The position numbers and the translations under genes were made by a program. A stretch of DNA of 64,000 nt from Dehalococcoidia bacterium (GTDB taxonomy: Bacteria > Chloroflexota > Dehalococcoidia > UBA2979), in contig OZ219872.1 of assembly GCA_964291495.2 (NCBI GenBank), positions 160,001 through 224,000 on the forward strand. Reading direction: 5' to 3'. The notes beneath the pieces are model-generated. The model did no database searches. It saw only the letters and a program-made list of their open reading frames with translations, and was not told the origin of the DNA. Shown here piece by piece: positions 27,212 through 37,068 of this stretch (position 1 is its first letter; every line of letters begins with the position of its first letter).

Positions 27212-29931
27212 GCAGCAGCACGACGCGCGGACGCAGGCGCAAGGCAGCCGACGCCCCCGGCAACGGCGGCACGCGCCTCGTGATCGTCGAGTCGCCGGCC
27301 AAGGCGCGCACGATCGCGGGCTTCCTCGGTCCCGAGTACGTCGTCGAGTCCTCGATCGGGCACATCCGCGACCTGCCGCAGGGCAACGACGCCGTCGACA
27401 TCGAGGCCGGTTTCAAGCCGCGCTACGAGATCCCGACCGACAAGAAGCAGCAGGTCAGCAAGCTGCGCAAGCTCACCCGCGAGGCGAGCGAGCTCTACCT
27501 CGCCACAGACGAGGACCGCGAGGGCGAGGCGATCGCCTGGCACCTCGCCGAGGTGCTCAAGCCGAAGGCGCCGGTGCGCCGCATGGTCTTCCACGAGATC
27601 ACCGAGCGGGCGATCGCCGAGGCGCTGGCCAACCCTCGCGCGATCGACGAGCACCTCGTCTCCGCCCAGGAGGCGCGCCGCGTCCTCGACCGGCTCTACG
27701 GCTACGAGGTTTCGCCGGTGCTCTGGCGCAAGATCCAGCCGCGGCTCTCCGCCGGGCGCGTCCAGTCGGCGGCGATCCGCCTGATCGTCGCGCGCGAGCG
27801 GGAGCGCATGCGCTTCGTCAACGCCTCGTTCTGGGACGTCCGCTCGGTGGTCCGGGACGAGCAGACCATCGACCGGTCGGAGCCCTTCGGCGCGCGCCTC
27901 GCCGAGCTCGGCGGGCAGCGGCTCGCGAGGGGCAACGACTTCGAGCCGGAGACCGGGCAACTCCGCGAGGGCGCCCGGGTGCTGCAACTCGACGAGGAGC
28001 GCGCGAGCGCCGTCGCCGCGGCTGTCGCGGAGGCCGAATACACCGTCGTCGAGGTCAACGAGCGGCCCTACACGCAGCGGCCGCCGGCCCCGTTCATCAC
28101 CTCGAGCCTGCAGCAGGAGGCCGGACGGAAGCTGGGCTTCACGGCGCAGCGCACGATGCGCACCGCGCAGAACCTCTACGAGAACGGCTACATCACCTAC
28201 ATGCGCACGGACTCGGTGAACCTCTCGGAGCAGGCGATCAACGCCGCCCGTAGGCAGGCGCGCGACCTCTACGGCGACGCCTACGTGCCGGCGCAGCCGC
28301 GCCGCTACCGCACGCGCTCGCGCGGCGCGCAGGAGGCGCACGAGGCGATTCGCCCCGCCGGCGACATCTTCCGCACGCCGGACAGCCTGCGCGCGGCGCT
28401 GCGCCCCGACGAGCTGCGCCTCTACGACCTGATCTGGAAGCGCACGGTCGCCTCTCAGATGGAGAACGCCCGAGGCCGGCGCACGAACGCCCGCCTCAGC
28501 GCCGACGCCGGTGAGCCCGGCGAGGCGCTGTTCGCCGTCTCCGGCAAGGTGATCGACTTCCCCGGCTTCCTGCGCGCCTACGTCGAGGGCTCCGACGACC
28601 CCGACGCCGCCCTCGACGACCAGGAGCGCATCCTGCCGCCGCTCACCGAGGGACAGACGCTGCGCGGCGTCTCAGCCGAGGCGCGCGGTCACGAGACCCG
28701 TCCACGCGCCCGCTACACCGAGGCCAGCCTCGTGCGCGAGCTGGAGGAGCTGGGCATCGGGCGGCCCTCCACGTACGCCTCGATCATCCAGACCGTGCAG
28801 GACCGCGGCTACGTCTGGAAGCAGGGCGCCGCGCTGACGCCGACGCTGACCGCGTTCGCCGTCGTCGCGTTGCTGGAGCAGCACTTCGGCGACCTCGTGG
28901 ACTACAGCTTCACCGCTCGCATGGAGGAGGATCTCGACCGCATCGCCGGGGGCGAGGTCGAGCGGGAGCCGTGGCTGCAGCGCTTCTACTTCGGTGACGA
29001 GAGCGAGGCCGGTTCGGGGCTCGCCGCCGAGGGCCTCAAGCAGCGCATCGACTCCAGCTGGGAGGCGATCGACGCGCGGGCGATCTCCACGATCCCGCTC
29101 GGCGAGGACGCCGACGGCCGCTCGATCGCCGCGCGCGTCGGGCGCTACGGCCCTTACCTCGAGGCTGGCGAGGGCGAGCAGCGCGCCACGATTCCGGACG
29201 ACCAGCCGCCCGACGAGCTGACGGTCGAGCGCGCCAGCGAGCTGCTCGCCGAGGCCGCGCGCGGCGGGCGCGTCGTGGCGACCGAGCAGGAGAGCGGCAA
29301 GCCGATCTACGTCAAGACGGGGCCCAACGGCCCCTACGTGCAGATCGGCGAAAACGACGACAACAAGGGCAAGCCGAAGCGCGCCAGCCTCTGGCCCGAG
29401 ATGAGCATCGAGACGCTGACCGCCGACCAGGCGTTCGAGCTGCTGTCCTATCCGCGCATCCTCGGCGCACACCCCGAAAGCGGCGAGGAGATCGCGGTGC
29501 TGGACGGGCGCTACGGGCCGTTCGTCCGCGCCGGCAAGGAGACGCGCAGCCTGCGCGACCACGAGCACTTGCGCACGATCGAGTTCGACGAGGCCGTGCG
29601 GCTGCTGAGCGAGCCGAAGCGCCGCGGGCGCGGCGCCGCGGCGGGGCCGCTCGCGGTGCTCGGCCAGCACCCGGACAGCGGCGCGAGCATCGAGCTGCGC
29701 AACGGGCGCTACGGTCCGTACGTCACCGACGGCCAGGTCAACGCCTCGCTGCGGCGCGGGCAGGAGCCCTCGAGCGTCACGCTCGACGAGGCCCTTGCCC
29801 TGATCGCGGCGCGCGAGGAGCGGATGCGCGAGCAGGGCCAGGATCCGCGCGCCCCGAAGCCGCAGCGCCGGGGCCGGCGCGGCGGCGCTGCGCGCCGCAC
29901 GAGCCGCTCGCCGAAGCGGCGCTCCGCCTGA
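27208..29931 (+). CDS. topA: DNA topoisomerase I with C-terminal GRYGPY repeats and a basic tail
   Basis: LVIVESPAKA, ATDEDREGE, SAGRVQ, ITYMRTDS, QEAHEAIRP, GIGRPSTY. Confidence 0.98.
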   Translation: MSSSTTRGRRRKAADAPGNGGTRLVIVESPAKARTIAGFLGPEYVVESSIGHIRDLPQGNDAVDIEAGFKPRYEIPTDKKQQVSKLRKLTREASELYLATDEDREGEAIAWHLAEVLKPKAPVRRMVFHEITERAIAEALANPRAIDEHLVSAQEARRVLDRLYGYEVSPVLWRKIQPRLSAGRVQSAAIRLIVARERERMRFVNASFWDVRSVVRDEQTIDRSEPFGARLAELGGQRLARGNDFEPETGQLREGARVLQLDEERASAVAAAVAEAEYTVVEVNERPYTQRPPAPFITSSLQQEAGRKLGFTAQRTMRTAQNLYENGYITYMRTDSVNLSEQAINAARRQARDLYGDAYVPAQPRRYRTRSRGAQEAHEAIRPAGDIFRTPDSLRAALRPDELRLYDLIWKRTVASQMENARGRRTNARLSADAGEPGEALFAVSGKVIDFPGFLRAYVEGSDDPDAALDDQERILPPLTEGQTLRGVSAEARGHETRPRARYTEASLVRELEELGIGRPSTYASIIQTVQDRGYVWKQGAALTPTLTAFAVVALLEQHFGDLVDYSFTARMEEDLDRIAGGEVEREPWLQRFYFGDESEAGSGLAAEGLKQRIDSSWEAIDARAISTIPLGEDADGRSIAARVGRYGPYLEAGEGEQRATIPDDQPPDELTVERASELLAEAARGGRVVATEQESGKPIYVKTGPNGPYVQIGENDDNKGKPKRASLWPEMSIETLTADQAFELLSYPRILGAHPESGEEIAVLDGRYGPFVRAGKETRSLRDHEHLRTIEFDEAVRLLSEPKRRGRGAAAGPLAVLGQHPDSGASIELRNGRYGPYVTDGQVNASLRRGQEPSSVTLDEALALIAAREERMREQGQDPRAPKPQRRGRRGGAARRTSRSPKRRSA

Positions 29932-29995
29932 CACGTCCCCCAACCTGCGTGCTACGCTCGATCCGCGGGGTTACGGAGCACACCGGAGACTAACG

Positions 29996-30988
29996 GTGTC
30001 CGACCCGCGTACCATCGAACCACCGCCTCCCGCCGCGCGCGCCCTCGAGGCGCTCGAACGTTATCTCGGCGAGCTCGCCCTCGTGCGGCAGCGATCCGAC
30101 CGCACGATCCGCAACTACCGCGACGACCTGGGCGGCTTCTTCTCGCACCTCGCCGGGGCGGGGGTCGAGTTCGACGAGGCCGGACGCGAGCAGGCGCGCG
30201 CCTACCTCGGGTTGCTGCTGCAGGGCGAGCAGCGTGCGCCCGCCTCGGTGAAGCGCATCGCCTCGACGATCCGCGCCTTCTATGGCTGGCTGGATCGCGA
30301 GGGCAAGCTGCGGCCGGGCCGGCCCGGCGACTCGATCCTGCGGTTGCGCTCGCCGAAGGCCCCGAACCGCCTTCCGCAGATCCTCTCCGGCGAGGAGGCC
30401 GGCGACCTGATGAGCGCGCCCGAGGACGACACGCCCGCCGGGCTGCGCGACCGCGCCCTGCTGGAGCTGCTCTACGGCGCCGGCCTGCGCGTCAGCGAGG
30501 CGGCCGCCATGGACAGCGCCGACCTCGATCTTGCGAACCGGCAGGTGCGCGTCACCGGCAAGGGCAAGAAGCAGCGCGTCGCCCTCTTCGGCCGACCGGC
30601 GCGGGACGCGCTGCGCGACTACCTGGATCGAGGCCGCCCGCAGCTCGCGCGCGGGGCGGAGGCGGCGCTCTTCCTCAACCGCTCCGGCGGGCGGCTCTCG
30701 GCGCGCTCGATCCAGTCGATCGTTCGCGCGGCGGGGACATCGGCGGCGGTGCGCCAGCGGGTGCATCCGCACCTGCTGCGCCACAGTTTCGCGACGCATA
30801 TGCTGGACGAGGGCGCCGATCTCCGGATCGTGCAGCAGCTGCTGGGCCACGCTTCGGCGGACACGACCCAGATCTACACCGCGGTGACCGGCTCGCGGAA
30901 ACAGGCGATCGTCTCCCGGGCGCTCGCCCGCGCCCGCGACATCGAGGGCGACGGCGAGCGCGAAACGAACGAGGCGAGGACCGGCTGA
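29996..30988 (+). CDS. xerC: Tyrosine recombinase XerC/XerD
   Basis: RDRALLELLYGAGLRVSE, VTGKGKKQR, HPHLLRHSFATH, LLGHAS..TTQIYT. dprA-topA-xer synteny. Confidence 0.88.
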   Translation: MSDPRTIEPPPPAARALEALERYLGELALVRQRSDRTIRNYRDDLGGFFSHLAGAGVEFDEAGREQARAYLGLLLQGEQRAPASVKRIASTIRAFYGWLDREGKLRPGRPGDSILRLRSPKAPNRLPQILSGEEAGDLMSAPEDDTPAGLRDRALLELLYGAGLRVSEAAAMDSADLDLANRQVRVTGKGKKQRVALFGRPARDALRDYLDRGRPQLARGAEAALFLNRSGGRLSARSIQSIVRAAGTSAAVRQRVHPHLLRHSFATHMLDEGADLRIVQQLLGHASADTTQIYTAVTGSRKQAIVSRALARARDIEGDGERETNEARTG

Positions 30989-31014
30989 AGGACCGACTGA
31001 AGGAAACTAACGCG

Positions 31015-31458
31015 ATGCGCGTGCTGATACTCAACGGCCCCAACCTCAACCTCCTCGGCGAGCGCGAGCCGGAGATTTACGGCAGCGACACCCTCGACAC
31101 CCTCGAGCAGCAGTGCCGCGAGCGCGCCGCCGAGTTGGGCATCGAGATCGAGTTCGCCCAGTCCAACTCCGAGGGCGAGATGGTCGACCTGCTCCAGCAG
31201 CGCCGCGACCGCGACGGCGTCATCCTCAACGCTGCTGCGTACACGCACACCTCGCTCGCCCTCGCCGACACACTGGCGGCCTTCGAGCCGCCCGTCGTCG
31301 AGGTGCACTTGAGCAACATCCACGCGCGCGAGGAGATCCGCCGCCAGTCGCTGACCGCGCCCCACGCCTGGGGCCTGATCAGCGGCTTCGGCTTCCGCGG
31401 CTACCTCGCCGCGCTCGACCTGCTGCACGCGCGGCTGAGCGAGGGCGCGGGCGAGTGA
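31015..31458 (+). CDS. aroQ: Type II 3-dehydroquinate dehydratase
   Basis: LNGPNLNLLGEREPEIYG, NAAAYTHTS, EVHLSNIHARE. Confidence 0.98.
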   Translation: MRVLILNGPNLNLLGEREPEIYGSDTLDTLEQQCRERAAELGIEIEFAQSNSEGEMVDLLQQRRDRDGVILNAAAYTHTSLALADTLAAFEPPVVEVHLSNIHAREEIRRQSLTAPHAWGLISGFGFRGYLAALDLLHARLSEGAGE

Positions 31459-32588
31459 GCGCTGCCCCCTCGCGCCTCGCGCGCCTGCGCGAGCGGCTCG
31501 ACGCCCTCGAGGTCGACGCGCTGCTGGTGACCGCCCCGGCGAACCGCCGCTGGCTCTCCGGCTTCACCGGCTCCGCCGGCATGCTGCTCGTCGGCGCCGA
31601 GGCCGCACGCATCGCGACCGACGGCCGCTACCACGAGCAGGCGCGCCTGCAGGCGCCCGCCTTCGAGCTCGTCGCGGCCCCGCTGCGGCGCATCGACTCG
31701 TTCGCCGCCGACCTGCTCGCCGGCCTCGGCGGCAACGCCGTCGGCATCGAGGCGGCGCATGTCACAGTCGCGGAGCACGCGGAGTGGACCGAGGCGATCG
31801 GGCTGCTGCCGCCGGAGGACCGCCCGCGGCTCACGCCGCTGCGCAACGCGATCGAGCCGCTGCGCGCGATCAAGGACGCCGGGGAGCTCGAGGCGATCTC
31901 GCGCGCGGTGCGACTCGGCGACGAGGCGTTCGCGCACGCCGCCGCGCAGCTGCGGCCCGGCGTCAGCGAGCGCGAGCTGGCCTGGGAGGTGCAGCGCCAT
32001 GCCCTGGAGCACGGCGCGCAACGGCTCTCGTTCGAGACGATCGTCGCCGCCGGACCGCACGGCTCGATGGCGCACGCGCGCCCTCGCGACGTCGCCGTCG
32101 AGGCCGGACAGGGCGTGGTCATGGACCTCGGCGTGGTCGTCGACGGCTACTGCTCGGACCTGACGCGCACCGTCTTCGCCGGCGAGCCGGATGAGCGCTT
32201 CGCGCGGGTGTACGATGCAGTCCTGACCGCGCAGACGATGGCCGTCGAACGAATCGAGGCCGGCATGAGCGGGGCCGAGGCGCACGCCATCGCGGCGACC
32301 GTGCTCGCCGAAGCCGGGTACGGCGAAGCCTTCACGCACGGCCTCGGCCACGGCGTCGGCCTCGAGGTCCACGAGGCGCCGCGGCTCGCGGCCGACTCGG
32401 GCGACGTGCTCGCCGACGGGCACGTCGTGACGGTCGAGCCGGGGGCCTACTTCCCCGGCTGGGGCGGAGTGCGCATCGAGGATCAGTGCGTGATGGAGGA
32501 CGGACGGCTGCGCGTACTCTCGCGCGCGCCGAAACTGGATCTGGAAGTGGGACCGTCGGTTGGGTCCGGAGTGGGGGTGGCCTCGTGA
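31455..32588 (+). CDS. Xaa-Pro peptidase (M24B)
   Basis: WLSGFTGS, DGRY, YCSDLTRT, HGLGHGVGLEVHE, TVEPG, GVRIED. Confidence 0.95.
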   Translation: MSAAPSRLARLRERLDALEVDALLVTAPANRRWLSGFTGSAGMLLVGAEAARIATDGRYHEQARLQAPAFELVAAPLRRIDSFAADLLAGLGGNAVGIEAAHVTVAEHAEWTEAIGLLPPEDRPRLTPLRNAIEPLRAIKDAGELEAISRAVRLGDEAFAHAAAQLRPGVSERELAWEVQRHALEHGAQRLSFETIVAAGPHGSMAHARPRDVAVEAGQGVVMDLGVVVDGYCSDLTRTVFAGEPDERFARVYDAVLTAQTMAVERIEAGMSGAEAHAIAATVLAEAGYGEAFTHGLGHGVGLEVHEAPRLAADSGDVLADGHVVTVEPGAYFPGWGGVRIEDQCVMEDGRLRVLSRAPKLDLEVGPSVGSGVGVAS

Positions 32589-33148
32589 TCGGAAGCGGCG
32601 ATCTGCGGCGCGGCACGACCGTCGAGGTGGACGGCACGCTCTACCAGGTGGTCGACGCGCACCACATCAAGACCAAGAAGTCGGCCGTCTATCGCGTCAA
32701 GATGCGCGACATGCGCGCCGGCCACCAGATCGAGCGCACCTTCAACGCCGGGGAGAAGCTGACCGCCGCGCGCGTTGAGCGCCGCGCGATGCAGTACCTC
32801 TACTCCGACGGCGACGCGCTGACCTTCATGAACACCGAGACCTACGACCAGATCGACGTGCCGCGCGCCGTCGTCGACGACCAGCTCCCCTACCTCAAGG
32901 AGAACGACGTCGTGCAGGTGCTGACCTACGGCGAGGAGGCGCTCGGCGTCGAGCTGCCGGCCGCCGTCACGCTCGTGATCACCGAGGCCGAGCCCGGCGT
33001 GAAGGGCGACACCGCGACGGGCGCGACGAAGCAAGCGACGCTGGAGACCGGCCTGGTGGTCGACGTGCCGCTGTTCATCAACCGCGGCGACACGATCAAG
33101 GTCTCCACCTCCGGCGGCGGCTACCTCGAACGGACCGCCACCGCCTAG
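32585..33148 (+). CDS. efp: Elongation factor P with an atypical tip loop
   Basis: DLRRG..MQYLY..FMNTETYDQ..EPGVKGDTA..KQATLETG..VPLFI. aroQ-pepP-efp synteny. Confidence 0.95.
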   Translation: MIGSGDLRRGTTVEVDGTLYQVVDAHHIKTKKSAVYRVKMRDMRAGHQIERTFNAGEKLTAARVERRAMQYLYSDGDALTFMNTETYDQIDVPRAVVDDQLPYLKENDVVQVLTYGEEALGVELPAAVTLVITEAEPGVKGDTATGATKQATLETGLVVDVPLFINRGDTIKVSTSGGGYLERTATA

Positions 33149-33207
33149 CAGCGCTCCCCGACTGGTTCCTCCCCGGACTAGTTCTCCCCGGAAGGCGCGC
33201 CAGCACG

Positions 33208-34413
33208 ATGCCACCCGAGGTCTACCCGGTCCGCCAGGTCACCCGTTACCTGCGCGAGCTGATCGAGGTCAACCGCCACCTCTCGCAGATCTGGGTCGCC
33301 GGCGAGGTGCGCAACCTCACGGCGGCGTCCTCGGGGCACATCTACTTCACGCTCAGCGACGAGCAGGCGCGCGCCGGGCTGCGCTGCGCCTTCTTCCGCC
33401 AGCGCAACATCGGCCAGCGCGAGCGGATCGCCGAGGGCGTCTCGGTCGTCGTCTACGGCTCACTCTCCGTCTACGAGCCGCGCGGCGAGCTGTCCTTCAT
33501 CGTCGACTTCGTCCAGCCCGAGGGCACCGGGGCGCAGGCCGCGGAGTTCGAGCGGCTGCGCGCGCTGTTCGAGGCGGACGGCCTGCTCGCGCCGGAGCGC
33601 AAGCGCGCGCTGCCCCCCTTCCCGCAGCGCATCGGCGTCGTCACCTCGGCCGCCGGCGCGGTGCTGCACGACGTGCTCGACGTGCTGCGCCGCCGCTGGC
33701 CGATCGCCGAGGTGATCGTGCAGCCGACGCAGGTGCAGGGCGAAGGCGCGGGCGCGCTGATCGCCGAGGCGCTGCGCGCCCTCGGCGAGCGGGCGACGCC
33801 GCAGCGGCGGCCGGACGTGATCATCCTCGCGCGCGGCGGCGGGGCGGCCGACGACCTGCAGGCCTTCAACGAGGAACCCGTCGGCCGCGCGATCTTCGCC
33901 TCGCCCGTGCCTGTCGTCTCCGCCGTCGGGCACGAGACCGACACCACCCTCGCCGATCTCGTCGCCGATCTGCGCGCGCCCACCCCCTCGGCCGCCGCCG
34001 AGTTGGTCGCCCCCGACCGCAGCGAGGTCGCCCAGCGCATCGATGCGATCTCGCGTCGCGGCGAGGCGCGGCTGGCCCGCCTGCTGCGCGACGCCCTCGA
34101 ACGAATCGGCGGGCAGCGAGCGGCGCTCGAGGCAGCGCTGCCGGACCTCGCCGCGACGCGGCGCGAGCTCGACTGGCACGAGGCGGCGTGCGCGCGCGCC
34201 CTCGACGAGCGGATCGGCCTCGCGCGGGAGCGCACGGCGGCGCTCGCCGGGCGGCTCGGCGCACTCTCGCCGCAGGCCACGCTGGAGCGCGGCTACGCCG
34301 TCGTCGAGCGCGCCGACGGCACGCTCGCGACCTCGGCGGCGGCCCTGCGGCGCGGCGAGGCGGTAGCATTGCGCCTGCGCGACGGCCTCCGCGGCGCGCG
34401 CATCGAGGACTGA
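33208..34413 (+). CDS. xseA: Exodeoxyribonuclease VII large subunit
   Basis: WVAGEV..SGHIYFTL, IGVVTS, ARGGG, SAVGHETD, RAPTPSAAAE, LERGYA. Confidence 0.97.
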   Translation: MPPEVYPVRQVTRYLRELIEVNRHLSQIWVAGEVRNLTAASSGHIYFTLSDEQARAGLRCAFFRQRNIGQRERIAEGVSVVVYGSLSVYEPRGELSFIVDFVQPEGTGAQAAEFERLRALFEADGLLAPERKRALPPFPQRIGVVTSAAGAVLHDVLDVLRRRWPIAEVIVQPTQVQGEGAGALIAEALRALGERATPQRRPDVIILARGGGAADDLQAFNEEPVGRAIFASPVPVVSAVGHETDTTLADLVADLRAPTPSAAAELVAPDRSEVAQRIDAISRRGEARLARLLRDALERIGGQRAALEAALPDLAATRRELDWHEAACARALDERIGLARERTAALAGRLGALSPQATLERGYAVVERADGTLATSAAALRRGEAVALRLRDGLRGARIED

Positions 34414-34439
34414 CGGGGCTCGGGCGACGGCCGCCCGCT

Positions 34440-34545
34440 CCCTCCCCTCCGGCCCCCTCTCCCCGAGGGAGAGGGCGGGGGGTGAGGGCGGTCCCCTCCC
34501 CTCCGGCCCCCTCTCCCCTGGCGGGAGAGGGCGGGGGTGAGGGGG
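34440..34545. repeat. Two tandem REP-like palindromes, opposite orientation to the 9.1-kb array
   Basis: CCCCTCCGGCCCCCTCTCCC-Nn-GGGAGAGGGCGGGGGTGAGGG, two copies between xseA and xseB. Confidence 0.88.
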
Positions 34546-34580
34546 TTCCCACCGAGCGAAGAGAGCAACGAAAGGGCAAC

Positions 34581-34832
34581 ATGGCGCAAGCCGAATTCCC
34601 GGACGAACCCGCCCCCGGCGACGACGCCACGAGCGACTCCTTCGAGGCCCTGTTCGCGCGCCTCGAGGAGGTCACCGAGCAGCTCGAAGCCGGCGATGTC
34701 GCCCTCGATCGCGCCGTCGCGCTCTACGAGGAAGGCATGACCCTCGCCCAGCGCTGCCAGCGCCTGCTCAGCGAGGCCGAGCAGCGCATCGAGCAGCTGC
34801 GCGAGGCCTACGACGGCGCGGGGGCCCAGTGA
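34581..34832 (+). CDS. xseB: Exodeoxyribonuclease VII small subunit
   Basis: SFEALFARLEEVTEQLEAG..LYEEGM..CQRLL.EAEQRI. Confidence 0.95.
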   Translation: MAQAEFPDEPAPGDDATSDSFEALFARLEEVTEQLEAGDVALDRAVALYEEGMTLAQRCQRLLSEAEQRIEQLREAYDGAGAQ

Positions 34833-34845
34833 TAGCGAGGCACCC

Positions 34846-35658
34846 GTGACGCTGCGCATCGGCTGGTTCACGACGGCGCGCGGCCCCGGCTCGCGCGCGA
34901 TGTTCGAGGCCGTGCGCGCCGCCATCGACGCCGGCGCGATGGACGCCGAGCTGGCCTTCGTCTTCTGCAACCGCGAGCGCGGCGAGGCCGAGGCGACCGA
35001 CTCCTTCTTCGACCTCGTCGCCGAGGGCGGCACGCCGCTGGTCGCGCGCTCCTCGGTCCACTACCGGCGCGAGGTCGGCGGGAAGCTCTCGCGGCCGGGC
35101 GAGCCGCTGCCGGCCTGGCGGCTGGAGTACGACCGGCTGGTGGACGAGGACCTGGAGGCGCACCCCTTCGAGATCGGGATGCTGGCCGGCTACATGCTGA
35201 TCCTCGAGCGCGAGTTCGTCGCGCGGCACGCGGTGCTGAACCTACACCCGGCGCTGCCGACCGGCCCGGCGGGCATGTGGCAGGCCGTGATCCGCCAGCT
35301 GATCCGCGAGGGCGCGGAGGAGAGCGGCGTGATGCTGCACCGCGCCATCGCCGAGGTAGATGAAGGCCCGGTGGTCGCCTACTGCCGCTACCCGCTGCGC
35401 GACCCGGAGCTCGAAGCGCTGCGCGAGCGCCTGCCCGGCCCGCCCGCCGAGCTCGACGACGCCACCCTCGACGGCTCCGAGTTGTTCGCCGCGATCCGCG
35501 CCCGCGGGGTCGCCCGCGAGGCCCCGCTCGTCGTCGCCACCCTCGCCGAGTTCGCCGCCGCCCGCCGCCGCGTCGAGGGCCCGCTCATCCTCGACCCCAC
35601 CGGCGCCCGCGCCGAACCCGCGGACCTGACGTCGGAGGTGGACGCGCAGTTGGGGTAG
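34846..35658 (+). CDS. purN: Phosphoribosylglycinamide formyltransferase-like
   Basis: IGWFTT, FVFCNRE.GE, LAGYMLI, LNLHPALP, GVMLH..VDEGP. Confidence 0.75.
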   Translation: MTLRIGWFTTARGPGSRAMFEAVRAAIDAGAMDAELAFVFCNRERGEAEATDSFFDLVAEGGTPLVARSSVHYRREVGGKLSRPGEPLPAWRLEYDRLVDEDLEAHPFEIGMLAGYMLILEREFVARHAVLNLHPALPTGPAGMWQAVIRQLIREGAEESGVMLHRAIAEVDEGPVVAYCRYPLRDPELEALRERLPGPPAELDDATLDGSELFAAIRARGVAREAPLVVATLAEFAAARRRVEGPLILDPTGARAEPADLTSEVDAQLG

Positions 35659-35742
35659 GGGCGGGGAATGCAAGAGCCAAGCCGTCTGAACGCGGTGCAC
35701 GAAGTACGCGTGGTGGCGGAGCGCTGACTATGCTCGCGCGCG

Positions 35743-36675
35743 ATGAGCACACATCGCTGGACGCCGCCCGACTTTAGCGACCTCGACGCACTCGCCGCGG
35801 CGCTCGACCGCGCCTGCCCTGCTGCTGCTCCGGTCCGCGAGTTGCGCATCCTCGGCGAGGGTTACTTCAGCGTCGCGGTCGCCTCCGCGTCCGGTTACGT
35901 CTTTCGGCTCGGCACGAGCCCCGATGTCACCGCGCGCTACCGGAAGGAGTGGACCGTCCTCCCGTGGCTGGCGACCAAACAGCTACCGATCGCGACCCCC
36001 GAGCCATGCTGTCTGCTCGGCGACGGAGACCCGTTTCCTTACGGTGGCATCGCCTACCCGCTGCTCGCCGGCCGGGTGCTGCGCCCGGCCACCCTCGCCC
36101 GCTCGGACCGCCCGGCGCTGGCGCAGCAGATCGCTGCATTCAACCTCGCGATGCATCGACTCTCGATCGACGAGGGTCGCGCCGCCGGTCTGCCGGACGG
36201 GCGCGAAACAGACCGGCGCTGGCTAGAGGCATACCGCGAGGCATCGGTCGACGCCCTCCGCGAGGTGCTCGACCGGGTCGAGCACACGACGCTGGTTCGG
36301 TGGTGGGAGGCTGCGCTCGCCGATCGGCGAATCGCCGACTACCAACCGGTGGTCGTCCACGGTGATGTCGGGGAGGAGAATCTCCTCGTGGACGACCAGG
36401 GCCGGCTCGTGGCTGCGGTGGACTTCGAGCACGCCGCTGTGGGCGACCCGATTCACGACTTCCGCCAACTCCGCTACCTCGACGAGGCCTTCATGGAGGA
36501 GGTCATCGCCGCGTACGTGGCGCTGGGCGGGCAGATCGACGCTGGGTTCCGCTACCGCGTGGAGCGGGAGCGCCAGTTTGCCGCGTTCGGCTCCATCCAC
36601 CGCGCGTGGGGTCGGGGCGAGCGCGACGCGATCGACCGTGCCCCGGCTCGGCTCCGAGCGCTCGGCGTCATCTAG
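35743..36675 (+). CDS. APH/choline-kinase family phosphotransferase
   Basis: LGEGYFS..YVFR, HGDVGEENLL, VDFE..VGDP..DF. Confidence 0.85.
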   Translation: MSTHRWTPPDFSDLDALAAALDRACPAAAPVRELRILGEGYFSVAVASASGYVFRLGTSPDVTARYRKEWTVLPWLATKQLPIATPEPCCLLGDGDPFPYGGIAYPLLAGRVLRPATLARSDRPALAQQIAAFNLAMHRLSIDEGRAAGLPDGRETDRRWLEAYREASVDALREVLDRVEHTTLVRWWEAALADRRIADYQPVVVHGDVGEENLLVDDQGRLVAAVDFEHAAVGDPIHDFRQLRYLDEAFMEEVIAAYVALGGQIDAGFRYRVERERQFAAFGSIHRAWGRGERDAIDRAPARLRALGVI

Positions 36676-36766
36676 TCACCGACCGCCCGTCAGCACCTAG
36701 TCCCCCGGAACTAGCCGCACCCGCGGGTGCGCGCTAGGCTGGCGGCATCCCCACTGGAGGCAGCGC

Positions 36767-37057
36767 ATGGCCGAACGTTATCTGCCGGTGCCGACGCGCC
36801 GAGGGCGGGTCGTGCGGCGGGGCGCGGGGCTGCCGGCGCGCGTCGTGAACCTCGTGCCGGCGCGGGTCGTGCCAGTGCTACAACGCTCGCTGCTCGTCGC
36901 GGGGGCGGCGCTCGCCGCCGAGTACGCGTTGCGCGCCGTAGTCGGCGGCACGCTGCTGCGGGTGCTCTCGCCCTTCCGCTCCGGCGCGATCTCGCGCACC
37001 GAAATCACGGACTGGCTCATCGTGGAGCGCTTCCGCCGCCGGGGCGAGGACGGGTAA
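36767..37057 (+). CDS. Small hypothetical protein
   Basis: SD GGAGG and a TAGGCT -10 upstream. One hydrophobic segment. Confidence 0.6.
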   Translation: MAERYLPVPTRRGRVVRRGAGLPARVVNLVPARVVPVLQRSLLVAGAALAAEYALRAVVGGTLLRVLSPFRSGAISRTEITDWLIVERFRRRGEDG

Positions 37058-37068
37058 GCCGCCCGCCC

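Noticed and set aside
29996-30988. Integrase of a mobile element
   Set aside because: Native composition and dprA-topA-xer synteny indicate the housekeeping Xer recombinase. No att repeats seen.
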